A stretch of DNA of 63,982 nucleotides, the filler included, from Basidiobolus ranarum (Eukaryota): the NCBI GenBank assembly GCA_040143965.1. It is 4 parts of 4 records of this genome, joined end to end, with 100 filler letters (N's around TTAATTAATTAA, not from the genome) between each part and the next. Parts side by side here need not be neighbours in the genome. Positions count along the whole stretch, not along the records: positions 49,050 to 63,982 come from JASJQH010000404.1; 3 more parts are not named here. One strand, given 5' to 3'. Shown here piece by piece: positions 49,520-62,544 of this stretch. The notes beneath the pieces were generated by a model. The model was not told the DNA's origin, did no database searches, and worked only from the letters and a program-made list of their open reading frames with translations. Within the stretch, counting starts at the first letter, position 1. Each line of letters starts with the position of its first letter. A program made the position numbers and the translations under genes.

Positions 49520-50928
49520 ACTAGTTACTCGGATCTCTTCACCGAGTTATCCAAGAATATATTCAGTTCACTTCACCCAGAAACCAAGTCAGATACACCA
49601 TTGAGATCATTTTATCTTTGGTAGAAAAGCACATTACTAGCGTAGCATAGTGTATCGTATCGTATAAAGTTCAAAATTAAATCCGAATCCAAAAATCCCT
49701 TCAACTTCTCACTGTAGATGGAATATACTTGGTCTAAATACACATTAAGATGGATTTGAAGTCATAAAGTGTGTCAATGTATTCGAGGCAATTTTCCATA
49801 GAGTTTATTGGATCCAGTGTGGTCATTGTAGGTTATCATTCACACACTCTCAGGAGATGTTCAAAGAAATTATTTAGAAATTTCAACATAAAAGGAAGTG
49901 TCATTGATATAGTTGATAAATGATGTAACTCTATCTTTCAAACAGTTGTTTACTTGATGTCTAAAGGGAGGGGGAGGATTTCTAAATTCAGAACTTTCAC
50001 ATGGGTGGAGAGATTGACCCACTGGAAAACCATCCTGAATATTCAATTGAAAAAAAAGGAATGAGAAGGGGGAACAAAAGGTACGAATTTATCGGTGATT
50101 ACTTCATTCATAAATTTCCTTACCTGATAGGAGCATCTTCAAGGTATAGAAACTGACTCTCCCCAAGGGAATCTCTATTTCTTCCACGTCAGCCGAACTT
50201 CGAAAAGATTTTGTAGATAAGGAAGCATGGACACGAAGGCATAGAGGTGAATGGGAGTATCAATTGATTTCACCCTTTAGAACCTTGCCTCCACGATAGT
50301 TCTGAAGTATCTATGTAAAGGTAATCCTCTCAGAGGGAAGGGTATAATTTACGAGGAAACCTGTAAGTGTTAGTGATGTTAAGATAAACGTAGGTGAGCA
50401 TCTGAGTTGAATAGCTTTGCCTTGCCAGAGGGGCTTGATCTAACATTGTTGCAGCAGCTCGTATATTCAAACAAATAGTATATAGAAAAGATAGCACAGA
50501 GGGTGTACATAAATATATAGTGGATTAAGTGAGGTAAACACAACGTATATCTACATTCTTCACATAGATACAACAAACTGTGAGAAATTGGGGGTGGCAA
50601 TTTCTGATGATAGGTTTTCAATAACATTATAAAAGTCAAATCCATAGGGGAAAATAATAGCAACGAAGAGGTTAAGGACAGGGAAAATTGGAACTAAAAT
50701 CAAATACAACGAATATATCTTCGAGACTGTTGAAAAGAAATAATAATGGTATGTGCGTACGTGAGCCAGGTTTATCGAGTCGAACGGGGAGAAGAAAAAC
50801 AAGTAATCGTAAGTAGAATGAAAAGAATCCTCAAATTTGGTATGAGTTACTTCTCTCGAGTCAGCGAAGAGTCTAATTAGAACGGGGTGTAGATTTCTCG
50901 CATTACATCTAGGCCCATTCTTTCTCGT

Positions 50929-52555
50929 CTATTCAAGCATGGTATCTGAGTGGCTAGTTGCCATATACGAGTCCAAGTCAATTCCAGATGCACGAAGTAC
51001 ACTCTCAACATGAGATGGGATTAATCGTCTGTTGAGATCAGGTCGAAGTGCCAACTCTACAATGGGGTTGGTATCAATGCGAGGTCAATAGGTTATGAAG
51101 TGTGGTTTTGAAAATGTTACCTGCTTTGGTGAAATCAAATAGCAGCGGTAATTCCCGGTCGGTAGATAGTTTTGTTTCTGCTTGGCGCAGCTCATCAAAG
51201 AAAGGATGTGCCATAGCTTCTAGAGCAGTCAAACGCTTGGCAGGTGTATAATCAAGAACATGAGAGATGAGGTCAAGAGCTTCCGCGGAAGGATTTTGAG
51301 AGCGAAACACCTATATAAAGGATGAATATAAAGTATTAAAGAAAATCCCATATAAAATAGCTAACCTTTGCGAATGGATGAGGCTTAATCTGTGGAAATC
51401 GATGCTCCATATAGTTAGGATTCATCGTTTGTATTTGGTCGCGGGTAGGAGTTCCCAAAACCTTGATAATTTCAACTAGTTGGTCAATCCCACTCTCCCC
51501 AGGAAATAGCGGTTGTCCCAAAATCAATTCAGCCATAACACAGCCACTAGACCAGATATCTTTTGAAAACTTATCAGCGTCAAATGAATAATTCAGATGG
51601 CTAAATGAATCTTACCAATACTGGTAGTATAGTCTGTAGCACCGAATATCAGCTCAGGTGCACGATAGTAACGAGAGCAGATATAAGCGACGTTGGGCTC
51701 TCCAGTCACGAGCTTTTTAGCTCTATATTGATTTAATGAGCATTAAATGATGAGCTAGAAGAGAGTTACAGCAGTATCAACAAGATATTTACCTTCCAAA
51801 ATCACACAACTTCAATATGCCTTTGGAAGGATTGACAAGTAGATTCTGAGGCTTTATATCGCGATGGCATATCCCTAAAGAGTGTATATATGCCAGAGAC
51901 CGGAATAGCTGGTACATGTATAGTTTTACATGTAGCATCGGGACAGACTGCTTAGAATTGGTATACTGACGGTTTACGCGGTAGATAGTTTCAGGAACAT
52001 ATTCTAAGACCAGATTCAAAAACACTTCATCTCTCTATCAAAATTTAAAATCAATATCACCAATATAACCGCTACGGAATAGCTTCGAGTACCTTATCAC
52101 CATTCGAATAGTAAAATGCTTTCAGAGATACAATGTTGGGATGAATGAGCATCCTCATTATTTGAAGTTCACGATTCTAGAGAAGGTTTGTTAATGTGGT
52201 GGATGAGTTCCTGAATATCATCAAGTGAATAGGTACCTTAAACCTTTTGTCTTGTAGTACTTTTTTTATGGCAATATCTTCTCCAGTATCTGCTAACTTC
52301 GCTTTATACACGACGCCAAAAGAGCCATTTCCTACAGCCTTATAATTGGTGTAGCTGAGCTCACATTGGTCTCCAGATCTCCCATCCTGCACTGAAACTT
52401 TTACTGTTTTATGAGGGTCGGCAGCTACTTTAAATATAGCGTAAGTAAAATAGTCGAGTTCTTGCTCTTTCAAATGAGGGTTCAACTAGAGAAAATAAAC
52501 ACAACAACGTACCTAAACCTCTACTACCATTCAGAGAAGACACAAGAGAAGACAT
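50929..52555 (-). CDS. GSK3: Glycogen synthase kinase 3, multi-exon
   Basis: [92 protein letters not shown]. Confidence 0.96.
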
Positions 52556-54829
52556 AAAAAGTATTGAGCAACTATTATTATATCCAAGCAATTTTCAAAC
52601 TTTTACTCAGACAAAACGAAGGAGAGTTAAATATCGTTGTAAAGAAACTATTTCGACACTACAAGCAAGTTTAAGATATGTCCTAACTGCTTAGGTAGTA
52701 AAAGGTAAACAGGCGAGAGGTATGCTGGGAAGGAGAGGGTTGAGAGGAACGACAAAAAAGGAGGAAATAAAAAATAGGGGGGTACTCCTAGGCCTAGAGA
52801 GGCCAAGTGAACCAACAGCATTAATCAGGTCAGCTGAAAAACATACGCAAGTCACATTCTGCAATCTGATTAAGTTGATCCTAGTTGAATGAAACTAGAG
52901 TAATTTGACCGTTTACAAGTTTACACCAATAAAATAGTTACTACTAGAGTAAGATATTGTCAGTTCTCCTTGCCACCCTTCATCAGCGGTTCAGATCCCT
53001 CGGACATAGAGCTTCGAATAGGTATAAAAGCTGCCCACAATGCACAGTGCCACATAGATCCTTAATTCGATTACATCCTGTAGTAGTTGCATTGTCATTT
53101 CTTACAACATATTACTGTGACTGTTTTTACGGAGTTATGACGCCAAACGGAGTGATGGGAATGTTTCAGTATCATTCACCAATATCTTCAGTGTTTTTCA
53201 AAGACCCAATTTCTGAAGGAATCTAGTGATACTCCATACACCTTTAGAGGAGTCCACATGTATAACAGAGTGACTATTTGTGGTCAAGATAGTGGTTAGA
53301 GGAGGCATAGTACCAGTAAGGAATACGATCGAAATATTGCTTGTATAGCAAGATCAATCGTTCGCTAGTCTCTCTTGGCAGATTTTGATTGGCATTGTAG
53401 CTACCCCTGAAAACCATATGTGCTCGTTTGTGACTTGCTTCTGGGCTATTGTTATACCATATGCAATTATTGTGATACGTTTGATTATGTATACAACACA
53501 CGGATAGCGTAGCCTTAATCCATACTGTAGCCTACGACTGGCAGTTGATTTTCAATATTTGCTTCGGTCACTAACAGTGATATTTGCCACCCTAGTTTAT
53601 AATTTCATTTCATCATCCTATGCACCATGTCCATTATTTTTATCAAAAGGACTATTGTACTGCCGATTTTCACTTAAGACGAGGAGGCAGTATTTGTTGG
53701 GGACACGAATTATAAAATCACTTTTTACTAATTCTTCTTTTAGTCATATTGATGTTAATTACTGTCACTTGTAAAACTAGTAATCTTTCTCTACAGTTAG
53801 TATCTCTTGTGGGTGTTGGTCACCACTGTATACCTATTGTGGAGCTCTTCGAGTCATTCATGATATGAGAATGTAGATTCTAGATATAAACCGATTAATA
53901 TAGTGAACGTATCATTATATTCAAATATACAGTTTATAAGAACATAACTCTACTCATTCTAACAGCCTTCAAAAAAACGCACCCATGTGTTAGACATCAA
54001 CAACCCCATTTACTGTGTATTTTTTCATTTCGATTCCGGTATTTCACCAAAGTGTAGCTGAGAATGATATTCTAATTTATGCTGGCTATCACTCTCAATC
54101 AACAAATTCTAGCAACAGTGTGCTCACATAGTACTAGTAGATTTCTCATCAACTGACGGTTTAGGTAGAACTTTGACCTTCAAAGGATATAACTCAGCTG
54201 GCACGATTACCTCAGATAAAGCCAGTAGAACCTATGTCATGAAAGAGAGGCCATACTTGCCAACATCTTTATAAAAGTGGAGGATTTCGGTGCCTTAACG
54301 TTAACAGTTAATTGGGTAGATACATGAGGCAAATTGTGGAGCACTAGCTATAGATAACTATGCATACGCTAAATAGATATATACCATATATATTGATTTC
54401 AAGCACCAGCATCGCTGATGATAATTTACCTAGAAACTAATGCAGATGGGATATCTGCACCATATATGGCTCAGCTGGAGTAATCAACACTGTATAATCT
54501 ATATTTGAGAGGAATATCTTGTTTGTAGTACAGTGTAGGCGGGAATTCTCTTTCATCCGGATTATGTAGAAACAACAGCAAATCAATAGAATCATATGCT
54601 CGAGAGGGACAGCCTCTAAAGTAGTGGATGGTAAATCATTTGCTTATTTCTTCAATCTAAACGAATATTTATTGAATGGATATACGAAATGACGGCCAAG
54701 TTGACAGAAGTCTTTTTTTACGTCAAGGAAAAGGGATGCAATACCGACAGGAGAATATCAGTTGACTTATTATACATAACAGTAAGATCGAATTAGTGGT
54801 AGCGAATTACTCGGGAGATGCGTGATTTT

Positions 54830-55114
54830 CTAAATAGTAGAGGGTACGAAATCTTGATCACCATAACGTTGATAACTTGGTTTTTTGAAGAGCCCAGCGA
54901 ATTTGGCCAACTCCATCTGCAACTGCTTCTTCGGAGTGACGTTGACTCTTTGACTTTGATATTGAAGCTCTCTACAGGTTGTGAGAAAGCTATCGAGCTC
55001 GTCGTAGGATTCTTTGCATTGGGTACATGGGTGTCGGCCTTCGCAGCGACTACAGTTTTTGTTTGATTTGGAAAATCTAACGGGAATCAAGTTCGAGATT
55101 TTGAAAGTGGTCAT
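54830..55114 (-). CDS. Hypothetical 94-aa protein with CxxC-x3-HxCxxC motif
   Basis: MTTFKISNLIPVRFSKSNKNCSRCEGRHPCTQCKESYDELDSF...; upstream TATAAG and ATCATG start context like real genes in this window. No recognised homolog. Confidence 0.45.
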   Translation of the reverse strand: MTTFKISNLIPVRFSKSNKNCSRCEGRHPCTQCKESYDELDSFLTTCRELQYQSQRVNVTPKKQLQMELAKFAGLFKKPSYQRYGDQDFVPSTI

Positions 55115-58100
55115 GATGGAGATTGAGGATGGATGATATGATACTATAGTTGAGCAAATATCGGGCTTATATTGAGTATCGGGCCATTTTTGAATCAATC
55201 AAAAATCTTCCGCTCAACCTCACTGTGCTCACATTCATCAGCTACGTCAAAGCGGCAAATGCTTTGGGTGCTTATTTGATTATTAAGGTTTTTCACTGGG
55301 ATTTTGAAATGGTAATTTCAAATTAGTGGAGTCTCCTGGATTCCATTTCAAATAACAAATATTGTAGGAGGCGCATCGCAAGAAGCACCATAACCGAGAT
55401 AGGCTTGATTCCTCTTTAAGGCTAAATGTAGGGAAGTAGCACTTCATCACATCACCGGTATCACTGCTCAGTACTTTGTAACTCAATTCTTCGATGCGTA
55501 TGACTCGTTTCTATGATCAATCACAGCAATCTAAGCCAATCCTTGGTATGGAGTGAAGGGCACGACTGTTGTTGCAGATGGAAATGAATACATAGGCCTA
55601 GATTTGTACCTACAATAACTTGACAGATGAGGCGCTAATTCCAGTCCAAACTAATATGAAGTCTTACATTGACGCTGGAGATGATGTTCTATTTCTGGAG
55701 CTGATAATCTCGCTCAAAGCCGAACCAAGTGTAACTATACAACCAAGGCATTAGGCTGGATTTCTGCTTTCGATCTGATGCATAGAACTATGCTACGCCT
55801 CCTGCCTTGAATGAATTTACAATAAAGTCAATAGAATAGAGCACCCACGGACACTCAAACCAATGATTGGTAATTTTACTCGCGGCTAAATGCCATATCT
55901 TGCATTGCTGGGCTATTTTGAGTTGTTGTGACATATTATGTACAGTCAATCTGAATGTTTCATTCTAATTTATTCCGAAGTTACTCCACATAGAAACCTT
56001 AAAGGCTTGCTAGTGCATAGCTGACTTGAAGACCTCATGAGCAAGCGATAGCATGGTACACTTTTCTTCGTGCGCATCGGCATTCGATAAAACTCTGATG
56101 CTTGAAAAGCAAAAGCACACACCAGAGCATCTCCTCATGCTAGGTTTAGGATTCCATAACTATGATCTAGGATACCAGAGAACTCTTTCAAGAGATTTTA
56201 TAATACTGATAAGAGCCCCGTGAGCTGAATTGGCCATTTATAGCTTGGTGATGGGGGAATCTTCGCTTTCGAATCGATAGCATTATTATAGCTTGTGGGT
56301 TGGTCAGTTCTCTGAGCCACATTCATCCCTTTCCATGAAGCCTAATCGATTGATTTTCACCACCATGAGTCCAGTAAATTGATATATTTCCCGATTCTTC
56401 GAGCACTTCTTTATGTTGAATACTGTCCTTTCAGCTTGGACAATGATCACCTTAGAATCGCTTGATCCTTTGCGAATGAAAAAAATGGATCTGTGCATAA
56501 CCTTGATGGTGGCTTGCATACGTGTAATCTAATAAAAAAAACTATGGTTCTTAAGTGAGGGGAATACACTACCCATAGCTGAGATCTCACTACTAGAGCC
56601 TGGAGTATGGCTACTTGATTCATTTTAGGACTGTATCACGCTTGGACGTTTATGTTTGGTTATTTGTGACTGCATATCGTGAATTTCTCGGTTGATGATA
56701 TCAGTGAGAGTAAAGAGTAACCAATATGAATCCATATTTTTGGTTGGAGATCCGACATGTGTGAGAATTCCGGTGTAACTGGGAGGATAAGGGTTGGTAC
56801 ACATAAGTCTTGTCTATCTTATGCTTGGACATATGGAACTGACGATCTACTGTTAACACGAGCCCACATGTGAGATGAGCCTAGATATTTATTTTCTACC
56901 TGCTCCCTGTATTATTCGATTTGTCAAAAGTATCAGCAATTCGTAAATTAGGCGAATGTACAAAACATGGAGCGATACGGAATTCAATTCAGCTAAAGAT
57001 ATGAGATCCTGTGGCGCGGATGTAAATTGCCCCGAACCATAATCAGACCGAGAAAGCACTCTTGGCGATAATAATTATCCATCCAGAAACAATCACTTCA
57101 ATTGGCAAACCCATAGTATATAATAAATCGATACAGATTCTAGAACCTCTTGGACTTTTCTTGTATCTCCAATCTGCTAAAAGAGTCTAAACTGGTTTCA
57201 AAGCTCTAAATGCTATCATAGCAAGGTTGTTCGACCATATCAGGGAGTTTGTAATCTTAATGTACATAAACTATAGATTTCAGTGGATTCATGGAAGTGA
57301 TTAATTGTGGCAGGGAAGATCCACTTAATGGTAGGTTACATGTCAGGTGTTTCATTGTTTGCAAACTCAACTCAAATTTAGCATGTCGCTAATGAGTCAT
57401 CTGGTTCATACTTGGTAGTTATTTCCTTGCTAAATAAAATGACAATCTTCAGTTCAATGGAAATAAACTTCAGAATGAACCAAAGGTGGTCTCTGCAACT
57501 ATATTAGGCTCCTATTCGACTAAGATGAATCCACTTTCAAGCTATCCTAAAGATAAGTCTTGGCTAGACTTCAATTCTATAACTTTTCCACAGCCTCAGT
57601 ATCATACTATTCCTTGAACATGAACTAGTTACATAATTCTCCAGGAATCCCAATCAGACTGAACTTGACGCATAAAATGCTAAATATAAAGGGAAGATAC
57701 CCGGCAATATCATGGAGCAGGCTGATTCTTCTGTTTTAGGTAGAGATGATTCTTTCGTGGGGTTATCCAGTAGAAGAGTACCAAGAGTTACCCCCTGCTG
57801 GCCTAGTTTGAAATATCTATCTTGAGCGGCAATGATGATTTCATGCTCGATAATATAAATATAGAGAAATATCTTGGTCAATACACTTACCGATAAATTA
57901 ATTAAGCCCTCATAACGTCAAGCTTCGACAAACCCGAGAATAATCGAGTCGAAGTCTGAAAGTGTATGTAATACATACAGGCAATGGTAACCATGCGACG
58001 CTTCTCGATTATGGTTTATATCAAGCTGAAGGACAACTTCCAACGAAGAAATAGCAATTCCACCTTACACTATTGGTATGTGACGTCAGGTTCTTTCTTA

Positions 58101-59566
58101 GATTTAGGCGATGGGCTGGCCAGACGAAATACAACTCTTCGGAGCGCAAACCTGATCAAACACTGTGAAGTTTTTGAAACATCTTATCTGAAACATTGCA
58201 CCTTGTAAAACGAGATTGTCACCAGTTGTGGTAGCTAGTGTTGTTAGATGAAGGTTGCCATTCAGAAGTCCGGGAATCTCACAATATCAATTTAGTAATG
58301 TCACTGGGTATTCGATTAGAAGCATCCATTCTAGTAGGATTCATCATGGTGACAATGGTGTTGGGCCGTAAGCCACAAAGTTCTCGTTATATCCCAAGTT
58401 TCCTTGATTCATAGGTGGTGAATATTTCATACACCTTTGGGTAACTCTCTGAAGTTAGATTATGGCAAGCTATACTATCACGAGATTTAATTGCCCCTTG
58501 CAGGAAATTGCCATTCTAAATTTGGCATGCAATTTCACACTGCTCGCCTGTAAAGCCTCTTTCACACCTTTTAGGAAAAATATATTGCTTCAATTAACTT
58601 GTTCCTCCCCAATCCAATTCGGGTGGAGAGCTAATACAGTATGGGCGCCCACACTGTGGGGTTGCGTTTATTAAGAGTAAAACGCATCAGACATATCAAA
58701 TGCTACCTGTGGCATTGACAGTGAGCAAAACAGGCACTTTAGCCAACATCTGTCTTACAAGTGAGCACTTTACGAAGCAAAATTGACAATCGCTCTTGTG
58801 CCTTGTGTAATCGGTGTTTTAAGTACAGCATTAGAGTTGACGACCAGTGCTACATCGCTAGAGTTTTATTTGGCCGAGGTTTTCATGGTAAATATCTGGT
58901 TTTACTCTAATTGTTTAGAACATTCGAAAGAGAGGCCTCATAGTGATTTTCTCGTCAATTACCCTGACACTTCTAATCTCGAGCTTGATCTTGGTGTACT
59001 CTTCATACCATGGGCTACGTCACCGACAGTCACTGAGTGGATGACAGCAAAAGAGAAGCGCTTTGCAAAGCCCCAAGTACGAGGGTAGCACCACGTTTAC
59101 CAGGATCAAAACCTTCGCAAGAATACTGAGTGGTCAGATAAAGTATATTTTCTGGCCAGTTTGGTGACTCGGTGAAAGCTCTCTAGTTGATCAGCTTGAT
59201 TGTTTACATCCTGATCGCAATATTTTACCAGAATCAATCCCGCTTCCTGAATCAGAAGCCCGAGATATTCGAGTCCACATTAAATTCCTGGATTATACAA
59301 CTTAAATGTTGGGGTAAAGCCAAATGGAAGACTTCTCAAAACAACCACTCGCTACACATAAAATGATGTACCGCATATCCTATATTTAAAAACCGGAATC
59401 TAATCCATCAGATATGCAGATAGCACCATACGTGGTCATGGATCAAGTTGACTGGTTTATTTATGTAAATTGAAGGGACAGTCCATTTTAACGTTAAGGA
59501 GTAAGAAGATGTAAAGGGAGTCTGTACAAGGCGATCTCGGTGGTTGAATTACGGACGCTCTGAAAG

Positions 59567-59800
59567 CTAGGCAAAAGAGTATTCTTGGTTTACTAAACGA
59601 CTGCGCTCACCCTTTTGAATTAGCCTGGTAATATGCTCCAATTCATCTTCAAACTGTCTTCTCGGCTTCGTCACTCGATGTTGGTTATTCATATGAATGA
59701 CTGGAGAGATTTTGCTTCTAATATAGTTGAACTTAATCCATGAGTTTCCTACAATAGCATCTTCGTACTTCAAAGACGATCTCCAAGCAAAGCTAACCAT
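59567..59800 (-). CDS. Hypothetical 77-aa protein
   Basis: TATAAA about 70 nt upstream, pyrimidine-rich leader and ACAATG start. No recognised homolog. Confidence 0.3.
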   Translation of the reverse strand: MVSFAWRSSLKYEDAIVGNSWIKFNYIRSKISPVIHMNNQHRVTKPRRQFEDELEHITRLIQKGERSRLVNQEYSFA

Positions 59801-61669
59801 TGTAAAGAAAATAGATCAGGACAAAGATTCAGTCAAAAAGAGCAGAGTCTATGTGGAGGCGGATGCCCTTTATAAAGCCTGGACTTGAAGATATAGGGGT
59901 GTGGCTTTTGAATGGAAAAGGTAAGACTTGCTCATTCTTTCCGTGCATTCAAGCTTTCTCTTGTTACTTAATATATTTATTCATCTCTATCCACCCAATG
60001 GTGGGCAAGCGTTCCGTCACTTACCAAACATTGTTTATCCATCCAGAGCTTGTAAAACATGATTCTGTGCAGTGACAGGTGTCTTCATTAACTAGGAAAT
60101 CGCACGGTTAGCGGTACCAGTTTTCAGAGAATATACGCCCTATGATTGGGAAATGTTTGTCATAATAAACTTTCACATAAATATCGATATAATGCTCAAT
60201 AAAAATCACCTTGTCCAGGCAAATCTGGATTAATCGAGCTAATACGTTCATTTGGCATCCTACAATCATTACATGATTGGAGGAATCAAATGGAATCTTT
60301 GGAAGTTTAAGGCCAAGATCATTCAGGTTTGTCAAAAAATTGGGATTTTTGAATATCACATTCATGGCATTCTAAAGAAGGAAATAGATCGTATCGAATA
60401 AACTTCCGAAGTCACCACAATAAACATGACATTGTTCCTCAAAAGTGCCAGAATTGGGAACTCTAGTTACAACCCTAGCCTTAGTATGTAATGAATGCTT
60501 CTTGCACACCGACTGTCTTACCACCGCTTCTTATGTTCACAAGCCAAATTCGTAGAAATTGGGTCAAACTTGCTGAGCTTTTGCTCAGTATTCTCAAGCA
60601 CTGCTCCAAGATAGGATAATGTGAATACTCAAGCCTAGACTAGGAACCACAACCTATGTAGGAATTAAATGAAGTTTAGTCACATATGTTGTGATATAGG
60701 TACGAAATATCATTCTTTAGGGAATAGAGGTAATATATGTTTTATTGTTTAAGCGCTAGAGAGAACTCTTTGCAAGTCATCACCATAGTGCTACAGATTT
60801 TCTTTTTAATCGACTATATCCGTATAAACGCTATATTTACCATATTCCGCATTATCATTATATAGCTAAAACCAAGTAGTATTATAAAACTTGAAGAATT
60901 ATCTTGCAGAATCGGAGTTTGCAAAGAAATAATTGAATATACTCAATAAAAATACCATATCCCTCTTGTAAGTTAGACTTGAGAACCAAGCATGCTTGGG
61001 TCAAATATTTTTATTTTCATACACGTGATAATCAGAAGAACAGGGTCATTCCATCAGTGCGATACACACCTTTTACTCACAATGGCACTCCGCGATTAGC
61101 AAATCCTTTGGCCAAATTGCAATGACATGTAAATTCGTGTAGCTAGAATGCGAAAGTCCTTAAGTTCTTGTTTTCAAATCAAGTTAGAGATATTCAATCA
61201 TAAACTTCAGCTTTGAAACCATAAGAATTTTTGTATATCATAAATGAATGAATCATTGACAGCCAATATCCTAGAGTCATGAAATTTCGTTATTCCGAAA
61301 ATACCTTAAGCACATTAGACTTGCCAATAGAATTGAGTTGATCCTATCTTGCCCGTTAGTCCGTTACCTATCTATACTGATACTGTATAATGTAACTATA
61401 GATGAAAAGAAATAGAAGAACTCATGGCCTGTAAATTATATGCAGACTTGTTATTACAAGTTGTTGGTCTTAAAGTTAGTGTCACCTAAGTATGAGAGTA
61501 ATTGGATTCATGGTCATTTTGAACCTAGTTTCTGCAATCTGTTTAGGAAATATTGAAAGGTAACTTCAACGATGCTGATGAAAATAGCTTTAGCTTTGAT
61601 ATATTATGTACACTTTCCTTTTACCGATAGCTTACAGATAGATTTCACTGGAACGCAGACTCTACTAAC

Positions 61670-61751
61670 TATTAAGGTATTTGGGATCCTGTTGGAAGTG
61701 GTTTAGAGAATTAGAGGAATTGGTGGTTTTCACTTATTGATTTATTGAGTA
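61670..61751 (-). mobile_element. LTR fragment, same Copia family
   Basis: TATTAAGGTATTTGGGATCCTGTTGGAAGTGGTTTAGAGAATTAGAGGAATTGGTGGTTTTCACTTATTGATTTATTGAGTA matches the reverse complement of about 632-713. Confidence 0.8.
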
Positions 61752-62310
61752 AACTACATTCTGGAGAACTGTAGAGATACAAACACAAAGCAAGGCCATG
61801 GTTAATTCAAATTAGATGTATGAAGAGTGTGGGTATATATACATTGGGGTCAGGGAGACTCACTAATGAACATTTATTTTAGAGAAAAAGAATAGATGAT
61901 ATGAGTCACTAGAATTAAACCCTGACAGAAAGCACCAGGCTAAGCAAGAAATAGTATGTACCAGTAGTTCTATATACTTGTAGCTACATGAAAAGAAATT
62001 ATATTTCAGTCGGTCAAATCTAAAGAGTTGAAGGTAGTTGAATCAACTTCAGTTAAAGTATAATCAATCCGTCAATAATACAAGTAGTGTAGCCATGAAT
62101 GTTTACTTCAACTTTAGTGGACATAAACTTGGCAATGCTGAATTACAGGACACATTTAAACTTCATTTGATTAGACTGTGTTTAATCTCCAAACTATACA
62201 ACTTCATATGGTGAAGTGAGATGAAACAAAAACTACATAGATACAAAAGTGGCAGTTGTACATCGGAATTTTCATGAATGTTAACAATGTTACGGAGTCG
62301 ACAAGCGGGA

Positions 62311-62544
62311 TTATGGTACGGATTTGGGAAGTACAACCGTTACTCGAGGCAGCCGAGTTGGCACATGGAATTGCGAAGTTTCATAAATGCTTGAGGAATA
62401 CATCCCACTGTACGTGAATGTTGCGGATAAGGTAGGAGTTGGCGGACCCGATCTAGTTCGCGTAAATGGGATCTGCCTTCGGCTAAGGGCGTAGGTGAAC
62501 ATTTGTGCAATTATTAGTAGGAAAAAAAGGTTCAATTTAAACAT
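62311..62544 (-). CDS. Putative small secreted Ser/Thr/Pro-rich peptide (77 aa)
   Basis: MFKLNLFFLLIIAQMFTYALS-RRQIPFTRTRSGPPTPTLSAT...; TATAAG at 62621-62626, candidate 5'-UTR intron GTAAGT...TTGAC...CAG (62553-62600), ACAAACATG start. Confidence 0.55.
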   Translation of the reverse strand: MFKLNLFFLLIIAQMFTYALSRRQIPFTRTRSGPPTPTLSATFTYSGMYSSSIYETSQFHVPTRLPRVTVVLPKSVP

